Position numbers and translations under genes: made by a program | NCBI GenBank assembly: GCA_004431415.1 | Contig: QPMI01000412.1 | Coordinates: 71,197 to 135,196 of the forward strand | Reading direction: 5' to 3' | Source of the DNA: Cyanophora paradoxa CCMP329 | Taxonomy: Eukaryota; Plantae; Glaucophyta | Length of the DNA stretch: 64,000 bases | Notes under the pieces: generated by a model | What the model saw: the letters and a program-made list of their open reading frames with translations, nothing else | Told to the model about the DNA's origin: nothing | Databases searched by the model: none | Shown here: positions 22,118 through 34,798 of the stretch, piece after piece | How positions within the stretch are numbered: the stretch's first letter is position 1 | Layout of the letters: each line of letters starts with the position of its first letter

Positions 22118-25100
22118 CTAGCGCTTGGAGGAGGGGCGCGGGATGCGGCTCCCCGGCGTCGCGGCGGGCCCCGCCTTGGCGGCCCCAGACGGCGTCGCTG
22201 GCGTTCCGGGGGCGGCGGCGGCGGCCGCGCGGCGGCGGGCGTGCTGGGGTCGCCGGCACGGAGGCGGCGGCGGAGGGGCGGGCGGGGGTCGAGGGCGCCG
22301 GCGGGGCGGCGCCTGCGGGTCGAGTCGCTTCCTTCTTCGCAGGCGTCGCTGCCGGCGTCCGCCCCGCCAGTGGGCGCGCGGGCGAGGCCGCCACCGCGGG
22401 GCCTTGCGCGTGGCCGCGGGCTCCCCGCCGGCGGGGCCAGAGCGGGCCGCGCGGCGGCCGGGCGGGGCCGCGCGGGGAGTAGGTGGGGATGCGGGAGCCG
22501 GGGGAGGCCGGCTTGCCCGCGGGGGACATCGGGGAGAGGGAGGAGGGGGAGGAGGGCCCCGAGGGGACGGCGATGCGCCGCCCCGCGCGGGCGACGGTGG
22601 CGGCGGCCCCGGCGCCGACGGCGGCGAAGGCCGTCGCTGCGGCCTCGCCGATGGGCACGGGGGCCCAGCCGTCGGCGTACATCGGCGTGCACGCCCCCGA
22701 GCCGCCGGCAGAGCTTAGCTCCAGCGACCGCCGCATGTCTGCCGGCGGCTCAGGGGGCGGCGGGCGGGGAGCGGCGGGGCCGGCCGGCGCACCGAGCAGG
22801 GGCGTGTTGCTGCAGACAGAGGCAGTGGCCACCGAGGCCGGGCCGCTCGGGTAGTAGCCCATCCCCCTGGCGGCGGGTGAGGGGCGCCTGGCGGGGCGGG
22901 GCGGGGCGGGGCAGGGCGGACGCGGAGGCGAGCGGGGCCATGTCGGCCTCGGTGAGGGGCGCGCTGAGGTCGTCCTCGTCATCGGTGTGCGTCGGGGGCG
23001 GCCCCTCGTCGTCGTCGTCGCGGGCCTGCAGCAGGGCGCCCTGCAGCTCCGTCGAGCCGCACGACTCGCGGATGAAGCGCTCGTCGTCCGCCGTCAGGCC
23101 CCCGCTCAGGTCGTCCTCCAGCCCCGCCTCCGCCGGCGGCGGCGGCGACTCCGACCGCAGCAGCGGCGGCGGCCCGTCGCTCGGGCGCCACACGCCGGGC
23201 TCCTCCACCCCGAAGAGCTGCGAGGGGCTCAGGCGGGCCTTCAAAACGGGGCGGGGGCGGGCGCACGTCCTCTGGGGGCGGCGAGAGGGTGGTGCGGACG
23301 ATGGTGCGGCCGCTGGCGGCGAAGGGGTCGCCGCTGGAGAGCATGCGGCGCTCGTCCTCGGTGAGGCCCGACCCGAGCAGCTCGTCGACGGAGCCAAGGG
23401 AGCGCCCCGAAGCCGACGCCACCGTCGGCATCAGCAGCGCCGGGCCCTCGCTCGCCGTCCGCCCCAGCAGCGGGCCCGGCGAGTCCGCCCCGGCCTTCGC
23501 AGGCGTCGCCTCCTCCTTGGCGCGGGGCGAGCGGGGGGCGGGGAGCTGGGCGGCGGCGGTGTGGGCGAGCGCCGCGCGGGGCGAGTCGCCGCGCGGGGAG
23601 GTCCTCGGGGATGCGGCCCCGGGGGAGACGCGGCCGGCCTGCGGGCCCGCGCGGGCGACGCGCCCGGAGACGTCTTCTTCCGCCCGCCCTCCTCCTCCGC
23701 CGCCGCCGCCGCCGCCGCCGCGAGGGCGGGGCCCAGCGGCGGGACCGGCGGGCGCGGGGGCAGGCCCCGGGGCGAGACCATCGCATCGGGGCCGGCGGGC
23801 TCCGCGGCGGCACGCTCGGGCTCCGCATCCACGCGCTGCTTCTGAGGCGGGGGCTCCCGCGTCGGCGGGACTTCCTCGGCGGCGGCCTCGTCGCTCTCCC
23901 GCTGCCGCCGCTTCGCCGGCGATGCTGCAGCCGCCGAGGCGGCCGCCGGAGAGCGCTCGGCGCTCGGGTCCCGCCTCGCCGCCGGCTTGACGGGCGACGG
24001 CTCGCGCTTCGGGACGGGGGGCTTGGCAGGAGTGCTCTCAACGGCCGGCTTGGCGGGAGAGCGCTCGGCGCTCGGGTCCCGCCTCGCCGCCGGCTTGGCG
24101 GGCGACGGCTCGCGCTTCGGGACGGGGGGCTTGGCAGGAGAGCTCTCAACGGCCGGCTTGGCGGGAGAGCGCTCGGCGCTCGGATCCCGCCTCGCCGCCG
24201 GCTTGACGGGCGAAGGCTCGCGCTTGGGGACCGGGGGCTTGGCAGGAGAGCTCTCGACGGCGGGCTTGGCGGGAGAGCGCTCGGCGCTCGGGTCCCGCCT
24301 CGCCGCCGGCTTGACGGGCGACGGCTCGCGCTTGGCGGCTGCAGGTTTGACCGGGGAGCTCTCGACGGCGGGCTTGGCGGGAGAGCGCTCAGTGCTCGGA
24401 TCGCGCTTGCCGGCGGACGGCGCGGCCGCCGGGGAGCGTTCGGCCGACGGATCACGCTTCGACGCCTGCTTGGCGGGCGAGGCAACCTTCTTCTGCTTGT
24501 CGGGCGTCGCGGGCGGCTGCGGGGCAGGCTCGCTGTACGGCTCGAAGCTGTGCCCGGCGGCCTTGGCGGCGCCGGCGCTCTTCTTCTCCGCCTTCTTCTC
24601 CTTCTCCTTCTCCTTGGCGCCGGCCTTCTTCGCGGTCTCCTTCTTCTTTTCTGCGGGGGCGGCCCCGGGGGTGGCGTCCTCCTGGGCGGTGTCCTGGTGG
24701 CGGCCGTGCTTGGCCGGAAGCTCGGCGGACGAGCCGATGGAGGTGCTGGACGCCAGCGCTGGCGGCGACAAGCTGCGCTTCCGCTGGAGCAGCGGCTTGT
24801 CCTCCGCCTCCGAGCCCGCGTTCTCCTGCGCCTTCGAGCGTCGCGCCGCCGCCCGCTTCTTCGCCGAGTCGACGGCGGCCGGAACCACGCAGGCCGCCTC
24901 CAAGAACTCCAGAGAAGTTACGGGCGGGATGCACCGCGCGGCGTCGTCAACTGCGGAGGCCGCCGCGGGGCTCTGCTCCTGCCGCCAAGAGGGCGGTCCC
25001 GCCGGCAGTGTGGGTGACTCGGCAACTGCCGATCGAATGGCGTCAAGAAAAGAGCGAATACACACTTTCTGCACGAAGCCTCGCACCTGGAAAGAAGACC

Positions 25101-25195
25101 GAGCTGGAGACGAGCTCGCCATCTTTCTCCGGCTCTGTGCCGACCGACAGCCCTGCACGCCCGCTGCTGCTTCGCTCCGCAGTGGACAGCGGCGG
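22118..25195 (-). pseudogene. 5'-truncated duplicate of the S/P/K-rich repeat protein gene
   Basis: Same exons as 28244-31302 but cut off at the duplication junction, so it lacks the first exons and promoter. Confidence 0.65.
23948..24460 (-). repeat. Coding 108-bp (36-aa) tandem repeat, about 4.5 units: RDPSAERSPAKPAVESSPAKPPVPKREPSPVKPAAR
   Basis: Unit starts at 23948, 24056, 24164, 24272, 24380. Duplicated at about 30061-30567. Confidence 0.9.
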
Positions 25196-25237
25196 TGCGC
25201 CGCGCCGCCCGCCCGCCCGCCCGCCCGCGAGCCGTCG

Positions 25238-28008
25238 CCCGCGTCCGCGGTGTCCTCGAGCGGTGCGCCGCGCCGCCCGCCCGCCCGCCCGCCCGCCGGC
25301 CCACGGCGCCGGCAGCTACTTCTGCTGGAGCGTGCACATGGAGGCGATCCTGCGCGACGTCGCCAGCGCGATGCCCTACGCCTCCCGCCAGCCGCCCCCC
25401 GCCGAGCCCCTCGCCTCCCCCTCCCGCGTGCGCCCCCGCCGTTCCCCGCCCCCCCCGCCCCCGCAGCGCCGACCGCGCCTCACATACGCCGGCCGGCCCG
25501 GCCCCCGCAGGTGTACATCGTGGGGGTCAGCACGGGCCAGACGCCGATCGCGTGCCGGCCGGTGGAGCGGGGGACGCCGCAGAAACGGCAGGAGCAGGCG
25601 TGCGAGCCGGCGGAGCTGCCGGAGGGCCTGCGCGCGAGCGGCAAGGAGGAGCTCCTCGTCTCGATCTCGGGGCAGCTCTGGGAGCTGATCGGGCGGGAGG
25701 GGGCCCTCCTCGACGCCTTCTGCGACCTCGCGCGGGAGCGCACGGAGCTGCGCGCCGCCATCGCGCGCCTGCAGGCCGAGCACGGCACGATCATGGCCCT
25801 CGTCGAGACGCTGCGGCGGGACTGCGAGGGCCTCGCCTCTCAGGCGCGGCGCATGCGGGAGGAGCGGGACGCGGCGCAGGACGAGCGGGCGCTGCTCGTC
25901 GCCGCGAACACGGACCTGCGCAAGGCCGCCGCCGCGCTGGAGAGCCGCAGCGCCTCGCTCGAGGCGCGCCTGATGGAGGGCGAGGCGGCCTCCCGCGGCG
26001 GGGCCGAGGCGGCGGCGCCGGGCGCCGCCGCCGCCGAAGCGGAGGCCCTCGAGCGCGCCCGCCGCCGCGCGGAGGAGGAGCGCACTGAGGCCCTGCAGAG
26101 GCGCGCCGCCCGCCCCGCCCCGCCCCGCGCGACGGCGGCGGCCTGACGCCGGGGCGCGGCGCGGCAGGCTGGAGCGGGCGCGGCGGGAGAGCGAGGAGCG
26201 CTCGCTGGAGATCCGGCGCCTGCGGGAGGAGCGCGAGACGGCGGGGCGGCGGGCGCAGGCGGCGGTGGAGGCGCGGCGGAGCCTGGCGGAGAAGCTCGAC
26301 GCGGCGCAGCGGCAGGCGGACCAGCGGGCCGGCGGGCGGAGGAGCTGGAGGCGCGGCTGCGGCGGGCGGAGGAGGACCGGAGGGCGCTGGAGGCGGCGCT
26401 GGAGGAGCAGGCGGGGGAGCGGGAGCGGGCGCTGCGGGAGAAAGAGCGGGCGGAGGCGGCGCTGCGGCACCTGCGCGGCATCGCCACCAGCGCCTACAAC
26501 GCCTCCCCCGACGTCTCCCCGCCCCGCTCCGTCTCCCCGCGCAAGCCCACCCACCGGGAGCGGGAGCGGGAGCTCCCGCCGGCCTGGGGGCCCTCCCTAC
26601 CCCTCGACTGGTCCGAGCGCATCGCCAACACGAGCCCCAGCCGGCGCGCCCCGCCCCCTGCCCGCCGCGCTCCGCCCGCTGACGCGGCGCGCAGCGTCCG
26701 CTTCGCGTCGTCTTTGGCTGCCCCGCCGCAGGCCCCGGCGCCGCCTCCGCCGCCGCCGCCGCCGGCGCCGGCCCCGGCCCGGTCCCCGCAAGCAGCGCGT
26801 CGGCGGCGGCTGCTGCCCGCGACGCCGTGCTCGCCCTGCGCCGGTGCGCCGCGCCCCGCCGAGTCGCATCGCGGGTGCCGCCTGACGGGCCGCAGGGAGG
26901 AGGCCGCGCGCGCAGCCGAGGCGGCGCGCGCCGCGGAGACGGCCCGCGCGCTCGAGGCGGCGCGGGCGGAGGCGGCGCGCGCCGCGCAGGCGCCGCTGCC
27001 CGTGCCGGCGATCGCGTCGAAGTCGCGCGGGGTCGCCGGCTTCGTGCCCGCCCCGTCAGCGGCGGCCGCCACGGTGCGATCTGCCGCCCCTGCAGCCTCT
27101 CTCCCCCGCCGGCGGCGCGAGCGGCGGGGCCCCGCGCAGCTGCGGGGCTCGGGGTCGTACGTGTCGACGCGGATCTCGGCCCCCACGGCGGCGGCGGAGG
27201 AGGCGAAGGCATTCGTCCCATCGCCAACCGCCACGGCTCCTGCGTGCGCATGCGCCCGGGACGGGCCGCGCCCGGCCACCCCCGGCTCCGCGCCGAGCGT
27301 CGGGGCGGGCGCAGTGCTTCAAGACGAGCGGAGGGCGGAGGCGGCGCAGGCGTGCGTGGCGTGCGGGCGGGCGGGCTGCCAGGAGCTGGAGGGGCCCCGC
27401 CCCCGCGCGGCGCCGCCGGCCCGGCGCGAAGGCGGCCAGCGACGACGAGGCCTTCGCCGTGCGCCCCGCCCGCCCGTGCCGCCGGCCCCGCGCGGCCGGC
27501 CCGGCCGACGCCGGCGCGCGGGCGCAGTCGACGCGGCGGGAGGAGCGGACGCGGCGGAAGGTGAGCAACGAGATCGTCGCCGGCGCCGAGTACGCCGCCT
27601 ACGCCCGCGAGGTGCGCGGGCGCGCGCGAGCGGGGCCCGTGGCCTGGCCCGCACCTCCTCACCTCACGCCACCCGGGCGGCAGTGGGCGCGCGAGGGGCG
27701 GCCTCGGCGCGGCGCGGGGCGTGGAGGGCGCGATGCTGGTGGAGGTCACGGGCGCGTCGCTCAAGCCGACGTCGACGATCGTCTCCCGAACCGCATCCTC
27801 TCCAACCGTGCGGCCCGGCGAGGCGGCCCGGCAGAGGCGGGCCCTCGCTGAGCCGAGGGGCGGGGGCAGGGATCGAGGAGGTGAACTCGGCGCTGGCGAA
27901 GCTGGTGGCGAGCCCCACGCGGGCGCCCGTCGCGGGGCGCGCCTCGGCCTCCTCCACCTCCACCATCCCGACGAGATCTGGGGCATCCCCCGCTACCCCG
28001 GCCTCTAG
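25238..28008 (+). pseudogene. 5'-truncated, frameshifted duplicate of the coiled-coil gene
   Basis: Begins mid-exon at the junction and ends IPRYPGL* at 28008, with several frameshifting indels relative to copy 1. Confidence 0.65.
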
Positions 28009-31000
28009 CCTCCCCTCCTTTCCCTGCCCTGGGGCTCGTCGCCCTTCATGGCCAGTGGATAGCTTGAAGCGGGCGCCGCGGTTACACAGTCGGCGCCCCA
28101 TAAAGTACACAGCGCGTTTCCGCGCTATCGCAGTGGCATGCTCTCCCCTGCACCCCGTAATGTAAAGCAACGGAGAGCGGTTTGGTTCAGAACAGAAAGG
28201 GGCGCTGCCCGGCGAGGCGCACGGTGCGCGTGCGGGGCGGGGGCTAGCGCTTGGAGGAGGGGCGCGGGATGCGGCTCCCCGGCGTCGCGGCGGGCCCCGC
28301 CTTGGCGGCCCCAGACGGCGTCGCTGGCGTTCCGGGGGCGGCGGCGGCGGGCCGCGCGGCGGCGGGCGTGCTGGGGTCGCCGGCACGGAGGCGGCGGCGG
28401 AGGGGCGGGCGGGGTCGAGGGCGCCGGCGGGGCGGCGCCTGCGGGTCGAGTCGCTTCCTTCTTCGCAGGCGTCGCTGCCGGCGTCCGCCCCGCCAGTGGC
28501 GCGCGGGCGAGGCCGCCACCGCGGGGCCTTGCGCGTGGCCGCGGGCTCCCCGCCGGCGGGGCCAGAGCGGGCCGCGCGGCGGCCGGGGCGGGCCGCGCGG
28601 GGAGTAGGTGGGGATGCGGGAGCCGGGGAGGCCGGCTTGCCCGCGGGGACATCGGGAGAGGGAGGAGGGGAGGAGGGCCCCGAGGGACGGCGATGCGCCG
28701 CCCCGCGCGGGCGACGGTGGCGGCGGCCCCGGCGCCGACGGCGGCGAAGGCCGTCGCTGCGGCCTCGCCGATGGGCACGGGGGCCCAGCCGTCGGCGTAC
28801 ATCGGCGTGCACGCCCCCGAGCCGCCGGCAGAGCTTAGCTCCAGCGACCGCCGCATGTCTGCCGGCGGCTCAGGGGGCGGCGGGCGGGGAGCGGCGGGGC
28901 CGGCCGGCGCACCGAGCAGGGGCGTGTTGCTGCAGACAGAGGCAGTGGCCACCGAGGCCGGGCCGCTCGGGTAGTAGCCCATCCCCCTGGCGGCGGGTGA
29001 GGGGCGCCTGGCGGGGCGGGGCGGGGCGGGGCAGGGCGGACGCGGAGGCGAGCGGGGCCATGTCGGCCTCGGTGAGGGGCGCGCTGAGGTCGTCCTCGTC
29101 ATCGGTGTGCGTCGGGGGCGGCCCCTCGTCGTCGTCGTCGCGGGCCTGCAGCAGGGCGCCCTGCAGCTCCGTCGAGCCGCACGACTCGCGGATGAAGCGC
29201 TCGTCGTCCGCCGTCAGGCCCCCGCTCAGGTCGTCCTCCAGCCCCGCCTCCGCCGGCGGCGGCGGCGACTCCGACCGCAGCAGCGGCGGCGGCCCGTCGC
29301 TCGGGCGCCACACGCCGGGCTCCTCCACCCCGAAGAGCTGCGAGGGGCTCAGGCGGGCCTTCAAAACGGGGCGGGGGCGGGCGCACGTCCTCTGGGGGCG
29401 GCGAGAGGGTGGTGCGGACGATGGTGCGGCCGCTGGCGGCGAAGGGGTCGCCGCTGGAGAGCATGCGGCGCTCGTCCTCGGTGAGGCCCGACCCGAGCAG
29501 CTCGTCGACGGAGCCAAGGGAGCGCCCCGAAGCCGACGCCACCGTCGGCATCAGCAGCGCCGGCCCTCGCTCGCCGTCCGCCCCAGCAGCGGCCCGGCGA
29601 GTCCGCCCCGGCCTTCGCAGGCGTCGCCTCCTCCTTGGCGCGGGGCGAGCGGGGGCGGGGAGCTGGGCGGCGGCGGTGTGGGCGAGCGCCGCGCGGGCGA
29701 GTCGCCGCGCGGGGAGGTCCTCGGGATGCGGCCCCGGGGAGACGCGGCCGGCCTGCGGGCCCGCGCGGGGCGACGCGCCCGGAGACGTCTTCTTCCGCCC
29801 GCCTCCTCCTCCGCCGCCGCCGCCGCCGCCGCCGCGAGGGCGGGGCCCAGCGGCGGGACCGGCGGGCGCGGGGGCAGGCCCGGGGCGAGACCATCGCATC
29901 GGGGCCGGCGGGCTCCGCGGCGGCACGCTCGGGCTCCGCATCCACGCGCTGCTTCTGAGGCGGGGGCTCCCGCGTCGGCGGGACTTCCTCGGCGGCGGCC
30001 TCGTCGCTCTCCCGCTGCCGCCGCTTCGCCGGCGATGCTGCAGCCGCCGAGGCGGCCGCCGGAGAGCGCTCGGCGCTCGGGTCCCGCCTCGCCGCCGGCT
30101 TGACGGGCGACGGCTCGCGCTTCGGGACGGGGGGCTTGGCAGGAGTGCTCTCAACGGCCGGCTTGGCGGGAGAGCGCTCGGCGCTCGGGTCCCGCCTCGC
30201 CGCCGGCTTGGCGGGCGACGGCTCGCGCTTCGGGACGGGGGGCTTGGCAGGAGAGCTCTCAACGGCCGGCTTGGCGGGAGAGCGCTCGGCGCTCGGATCC
30301 CGCCTCGCCGCCGGCTTGACGGGCGAAGGCTCGCGCTTGGGACCGGGGCTTGGCAGGAGAGCTCTCGACGGCGGGCTTGGCGGGAGAGCGCTCGGCGCTC
30401 GGGTCCCGCCTCGCCGCCGGCTTGACGGGCGACGGCTCGCGCTTGGCGGCTGCAGGTTTGACCGGGAGCTCTCGACGGCGGCTTGGCGGAGAGCGCTCAG
30501 TGCTCGGATCGCGCTTGCCGGCGGACGGCGCGGCCGCGGGGAGCGTTCGGCCGACGGATCACGCTTCGACGCCTGCTTGGCGGGCGAGGCAACCTTCTTC
30601 TGCTTGTCGGGCGTCGCGGGCGGCTGCGGGGCAGGCTCGCTGTACGGCTCGAAGCTGTGCCCGGCGGCCTTGGCGGCGCCGGCGCTCTTCTTCTCCGCCT
30701 TCTTCTCCTTCTCCTTCTCCTTGGCGCCGGCCTTCTTCGCGGTCTCCTTCTTCTTTTCTGCGGGGGCGGCCCCGGGGGTGGCGTCCTCCTGGGCGGTGTC
30801 CTGGTGGCGGCCGTGCTTGGCCGGAAGCTCGGCGGACGAGCCGATGGAGGTGCTGGACGCCAGCGCTGGCGGCGACAAGCTGCGCTTCCGCTGGAGCAGC
30901 GGCTTGTCCTCCGCCTCCGAGCCCGCGTTCTCCTGCGCCTTCGAGCGTCGCGCCGCCGCCCGCTTCTTCGCCGAGTCGACGGCGGCCGGAACCACGCAGG

Positions 31001-31302
31001 CCGCCTCCAAGAACTCCAGAGAAGTTACGGGCGGGATGCACCGCGCGGCGTCGTCAACTGCGGAGGCCGCCGCGGGGCTCTGCTCCTGCCGCCAAGAGGG
31101 CGGTCCCGCCGGCAGTGTGGGTGACTCGGCAACTGCCGATCGAATGGCGTCAAGAAAAGAGCGAATACACACTTTCTGCACGAAGCCTCGCACCTGGAAA
31201 GAAGACCGAGCTGGAGACGAGCTCGCCATCTTTCTCCGGCTCTGTGCCGACCGACAGCCCTGCACGCCCGCTGCTGCTTCGCTCCGCAGTGGACAGCGGC
31301 GG
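25238..31302. repeat. Tandem segmental duplication, copy 2 (about 30 nt shorter through many 1-nt indels)
   Basis: Offset to copy 1 shrinks from 6137 to 6107 across the block. Confidence 0.95.
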
Positions 31303-31671
31303 GGCGCTGCTGGCGAACGTGTCCGCAGAGCCCGCAGCCGCGATGGACGAAGCGCCAGCGAGCATTGTGACGGCCGGCGCCGCTGCCGGCACGAGCACGG
31401 TCTCGGCGTCCAGCTCAAGGTCAACATCTTCGACCTTAGCGAGTGCCCTAGCCCCGCCGCGCGCGCTGCGAGTGTGAAACGGTCAAGCGCGGCAATGTTT
31501 TCAAATCAGCTCTGTTCAGGCGCACCCAGCTTCAGCGAACGTTGGGCTGCTTGCGCCACTCAGCGGCCCGAGCGACGTAGGCTGATCGAGAGCCGCTCAG
31601 CAACGCACGGCGCGCGGCGCGGTGGCAGAGAGGTCAGACCTCGTCGAGGGACCGGACTGATTCGGCATCAT
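28244..31671 (-). CDS. Low-complexity Ser/Pro/Ala/Lys-rich protein with 36-aa SPxK repeats (frameshifts in this copy are probably sequence errors; start uncertain)
   Basis: Unique 5' exons at 31.3-31.7 kb continue into duplication copy 2; ends RIPRPSSKR* at 28244. Confidence 0.6.
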
Positions 31672-31936
31672 CTTCCGAACGGAACAAGGAACAGCATAGG
31701 CAGTCCGAGCTCCCGCCGCGGTTCGCCCCCTCCACGAGCTTCGACAGCACGGTGCCCATGTCGAGCTGGCAGGCTCCGAGAGGCCGGCAAGAATCCGCGC
31801 CCGCTTAAAGAGGCCGGCGCAGAGCCATGCCACGGCGGGGCCTCATACTGGCCCTCTGGTCGCTCCGGACCTGCCGACAATTCGCCAGCGTACCCCCTCT
31901 CGGCCGGTCAAGTCCGGGTCAACGTTAACGGCGGTC

Positions 31937-32695
31937 ATGTTTCTCTCCGCGCTTCTGCCGCGTCTCCTTTGCCTTCTCTGCCTCCTCTGCCTCGTGTCCG
32001 GCAGCGCGTTGGCAACCTCGCGCTGGTGAATTCGCGCTTAATCCCTGCGCGACCTTGCCGTCGGCTCATGAAATCGTTGGACGTCTTGCGCAGGTACGCG
32101 GATGCTGGCTGCACGCTCGAGAAACAGGTTCGAGCGCTTCCGCCGCCTCACGTTTAGCGCGCGCATTTCTCTCGGGCGGTCGCCGCGCGCGCAGTTCACG
32201 CTAAACGCGACTCTTGACTGGCAGTTCATATTCCTCGCCGTACGCGCTGCCACCGTGCCGACCCGTTCTCGCGCAGAGCCCACCCGCGATTCAGCTGCAG
32301 TTCCTGCACGAGGCGTGCTACAACGTCTCATCGCTGCCTGGCGAGACGGTGCTTGATGAGAAGATGTCGGCATCGCATCGGCCGCTGCACAACAACCCGT
32401 ATCGCCCCCGGGAGTCCGCCGTCCTCGGCCGCATCCCGCTGGGCACTCGCGGCGTCCAGTTGCGCTGCGCAGGCGAAGTTTTTCTGCGGGTGCTTCGGCA
32501 GCTGTCTGATTCTTTTGGATGGCATCCATATGTTGTCTTGAGTACGCGCTGGCTGATGTCGAGGTATTGCGGGCGCAGGAGTTTTTCGCCGACGAGTCCT
32601 GTTCACCCAGCCGATTTTTGCTGGAGAGCCGGTGCGCTTCGACCCCAATCGATATCGATCACCTGAAGCTGTCGTTCGGCCTACACGTGCACTGA
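31937..32695 (+). CDS. Hypothetical multi-exon protein
   Basis: Exon-like blocks (FTLNATLDWQFIFLA; SPPAIQLQFLHEACYNV; EFFADESCSPSRFLLESR...LHVH*) separated by short GT-AG introns. Confidence 0.45.
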
Positions 32696-32977
32696 ACTCT
32701 TGCATCAGGACTCCGTCGACCTGTAGGGCCCTCCTAGACAGCGGCGGACGCGCCACTGGGTTCTCGAGGTTATGCTGCACGAACGATGTCTTTTGAGTTC
32801 TACATCTACTACACTAGTGACAGAACAGCCTGGCAGCTTTCATCGTAAACAAGCTGGACTTCCAGTCTGATATAAGACCTGAGCTAAACGAAAGTGGAAA
32901 GCGAGGACAAAGTCCTGAAGGGGGCGGGCCCCTGCTAAGCACTCAAATCCAGAAACGTCCAATACTTATCGCGCCTG

Positions 32978-34115
32978 CTAAGCGACCGGCGCGTGCAGAA
33001 CGGGCTCTTCCACGGCGACGCCCGGCAGGAGGGTGGCCTGCAGCGGGGCGAGACCGAAGCTGACGGGCGGGACGAACGGGGCGCCCTTGGGGAAGGGGAG
33101 GGAGGTGGGGAGGGGCTCGGCGGCGGCGGCGGCGACGTCGCAGGGGACTTGGCCGTTGGGGAGGACGCGGCGCAGCAGCGACACGAGGGCGGCGTTCTCC
33201 GCCCGCACCTGCGGCCCGGCGCGCTCAGCGGGCGGAGGCGGTGGCCAGCGGCGCAGAGGCCGGCGCGAACCTTGTCGGCGTCGGCCTTGAGATCGGCGTT
33301 GTGCTTGCGCAGCGCGGCGATGGTGCTCATGCTGTGCTCGAGCACCGACAGCTTGTCGACACGCACGCCCAGCATCGCGCCCAGCTGGTTGAACCGCTCG
33401 TTCCTACCCGCCCCGCATTAGCCGCCCGCCAACGCGCGCGGGCGCCCGCGATGCTCACAGATCGTTGCGGCGGAGCTTCTCGCGGTGCGCCTTGTTCTCT
33501 CTCCTGCCGGAGTCCGTGGGAGTCCGCATCGCAGCCGGAGCCGCGGTGGCCAGGCTCGGCATGGGCGGAAGCAGAGGGGGGAGCTGGATAGGGGAAAGCT
33601 GATTCATCGCGGGCTGATGTGCAGCGGCGGGGAGGATAGGCTGGAGGCGGAGCGCCCTGCGCCAGCAAAGGCGTCAGCGAAGCAGTGTTCAACTTGAAAC
33701 CAACGCCGAGGCGCACGAGAGGGGCGCAGCCGCTTCGCTTGGGACGCTTTCAACCGAAGCTTCGCCGGGAGAACGCTGGTCTGCGGAGTGGCTGCAAGCC
33801 AGGATGGAATTCGTCAAGATTCGGTCAGATCCGAAATGCGGTCGGGCGTGGACGGACTCGGGCGACCGGATGGGCTCGTTGAAGATGTTCCAGTCGAGCG
33901 GGGCAATCGGCGAGAGAGGCAGACCGACCTCCAGCTGGATGTCGTCGAACGCCCCAACACACGGGGCAGCCTCCGCACGCACGGCCTCGAACGCCGGCGC
34001 GGGCTCCTGCACGAACGCATATCTTCATGGTCCGGCGAGCTGCGATCAAGACAGTAGCGCTCACCAGGCTTTGACCGAGGAGGACCTCGTGAAGGTCATC
34101 CATGGTCGGCTCCAT
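32978..34115 (-). CDS. bHLH-leucine zipper transcription factor resembling plant clade IVc (ILR3/bHLH105-like)
   Basis: Spliced ENKAHREKLRRNDLNERFNQLGAMLGVRVDKLSVLEHSMSTIAALRKHNADLKADADKVRAENAAL; C-terminus EPVLHAPVA*. Confidence 0.8.
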
Positions 34116-34798
34116 CACCGCTGCAGGGGCCGCCGGTCAAGGGCCTGTAAATGCGATGAAAGACACACGGGGTGGAAGATTGGGCGGGGCGAGAGGAGCT
34201 GGCGACGCCTGTCCTAGCTTGCCGCCCCGCGGCTGATCACCGTGCGCGCGGGTCTGCACGCCCCGAGAACCTCCACGAGCTACTGGTGCGGGGAGAGGAC
34301 GAACCACTGCGCCGCCCCGGCGTTCGCTGCTTCGCTGATTGGCGTCCCGGGTACGCGAACGAAACGATCTCTTGGGGGAGGGGGGGAAGATCGGGAGGGA
34401 CGTCGACGTCGGAGCGAGCTCGAGGCGCCTAGGCCTGCGAGGGCGCCTCGGAGGGAGCGTATACGCCGCATCGACCGAGTGACGTCGACATCGAATTCCG
34501 AAGTTCGACCCGCGGCCGGAGCGGCGCCTGCATGTACATGTGTAAAAACTGTTGCAATGCGTGTAGCTATAGCTGCAGCTCCGGATCCGCGGCGCAGCGC
34601 AGGTATACGTGTGCTCTTCACACCGCATCAACTAGCTATAAATTATTTACTCCGATCCGCCGCGGAGCCACACCGCCAAAGACTCTGTCGCCCTTGCCCG
34701 AGCGGCGCCAGGTGCTGGCTCGAGCTCCAAAACAGAAGACACGCAAGGCTCGAATGAAACAAAGGGGCGCAGAATGTACAAACAACAGAGGAATGCAT

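Larger units (their letters stand above)
19101..25195. repeat. Tandem segmental duplication, copy 1 (about 6.1 kb)
   Basis: Near-identical to 25238-31302. Confidence 0.95.

Noticed and set aside
23987-26146. Chimeric 719-aa ORF across the duplication junction as a new gene
   Set aside because: The first half is the antisense shadow of the repeat protein and the second half reads through introns; no promoter evidence.
19101-31302. Transposon or LTR element as the cause of the long direct repeat
   Set aside because: No transposase/RT, terminal repeats or target-site duplication; the repeat consists of host gene parts.
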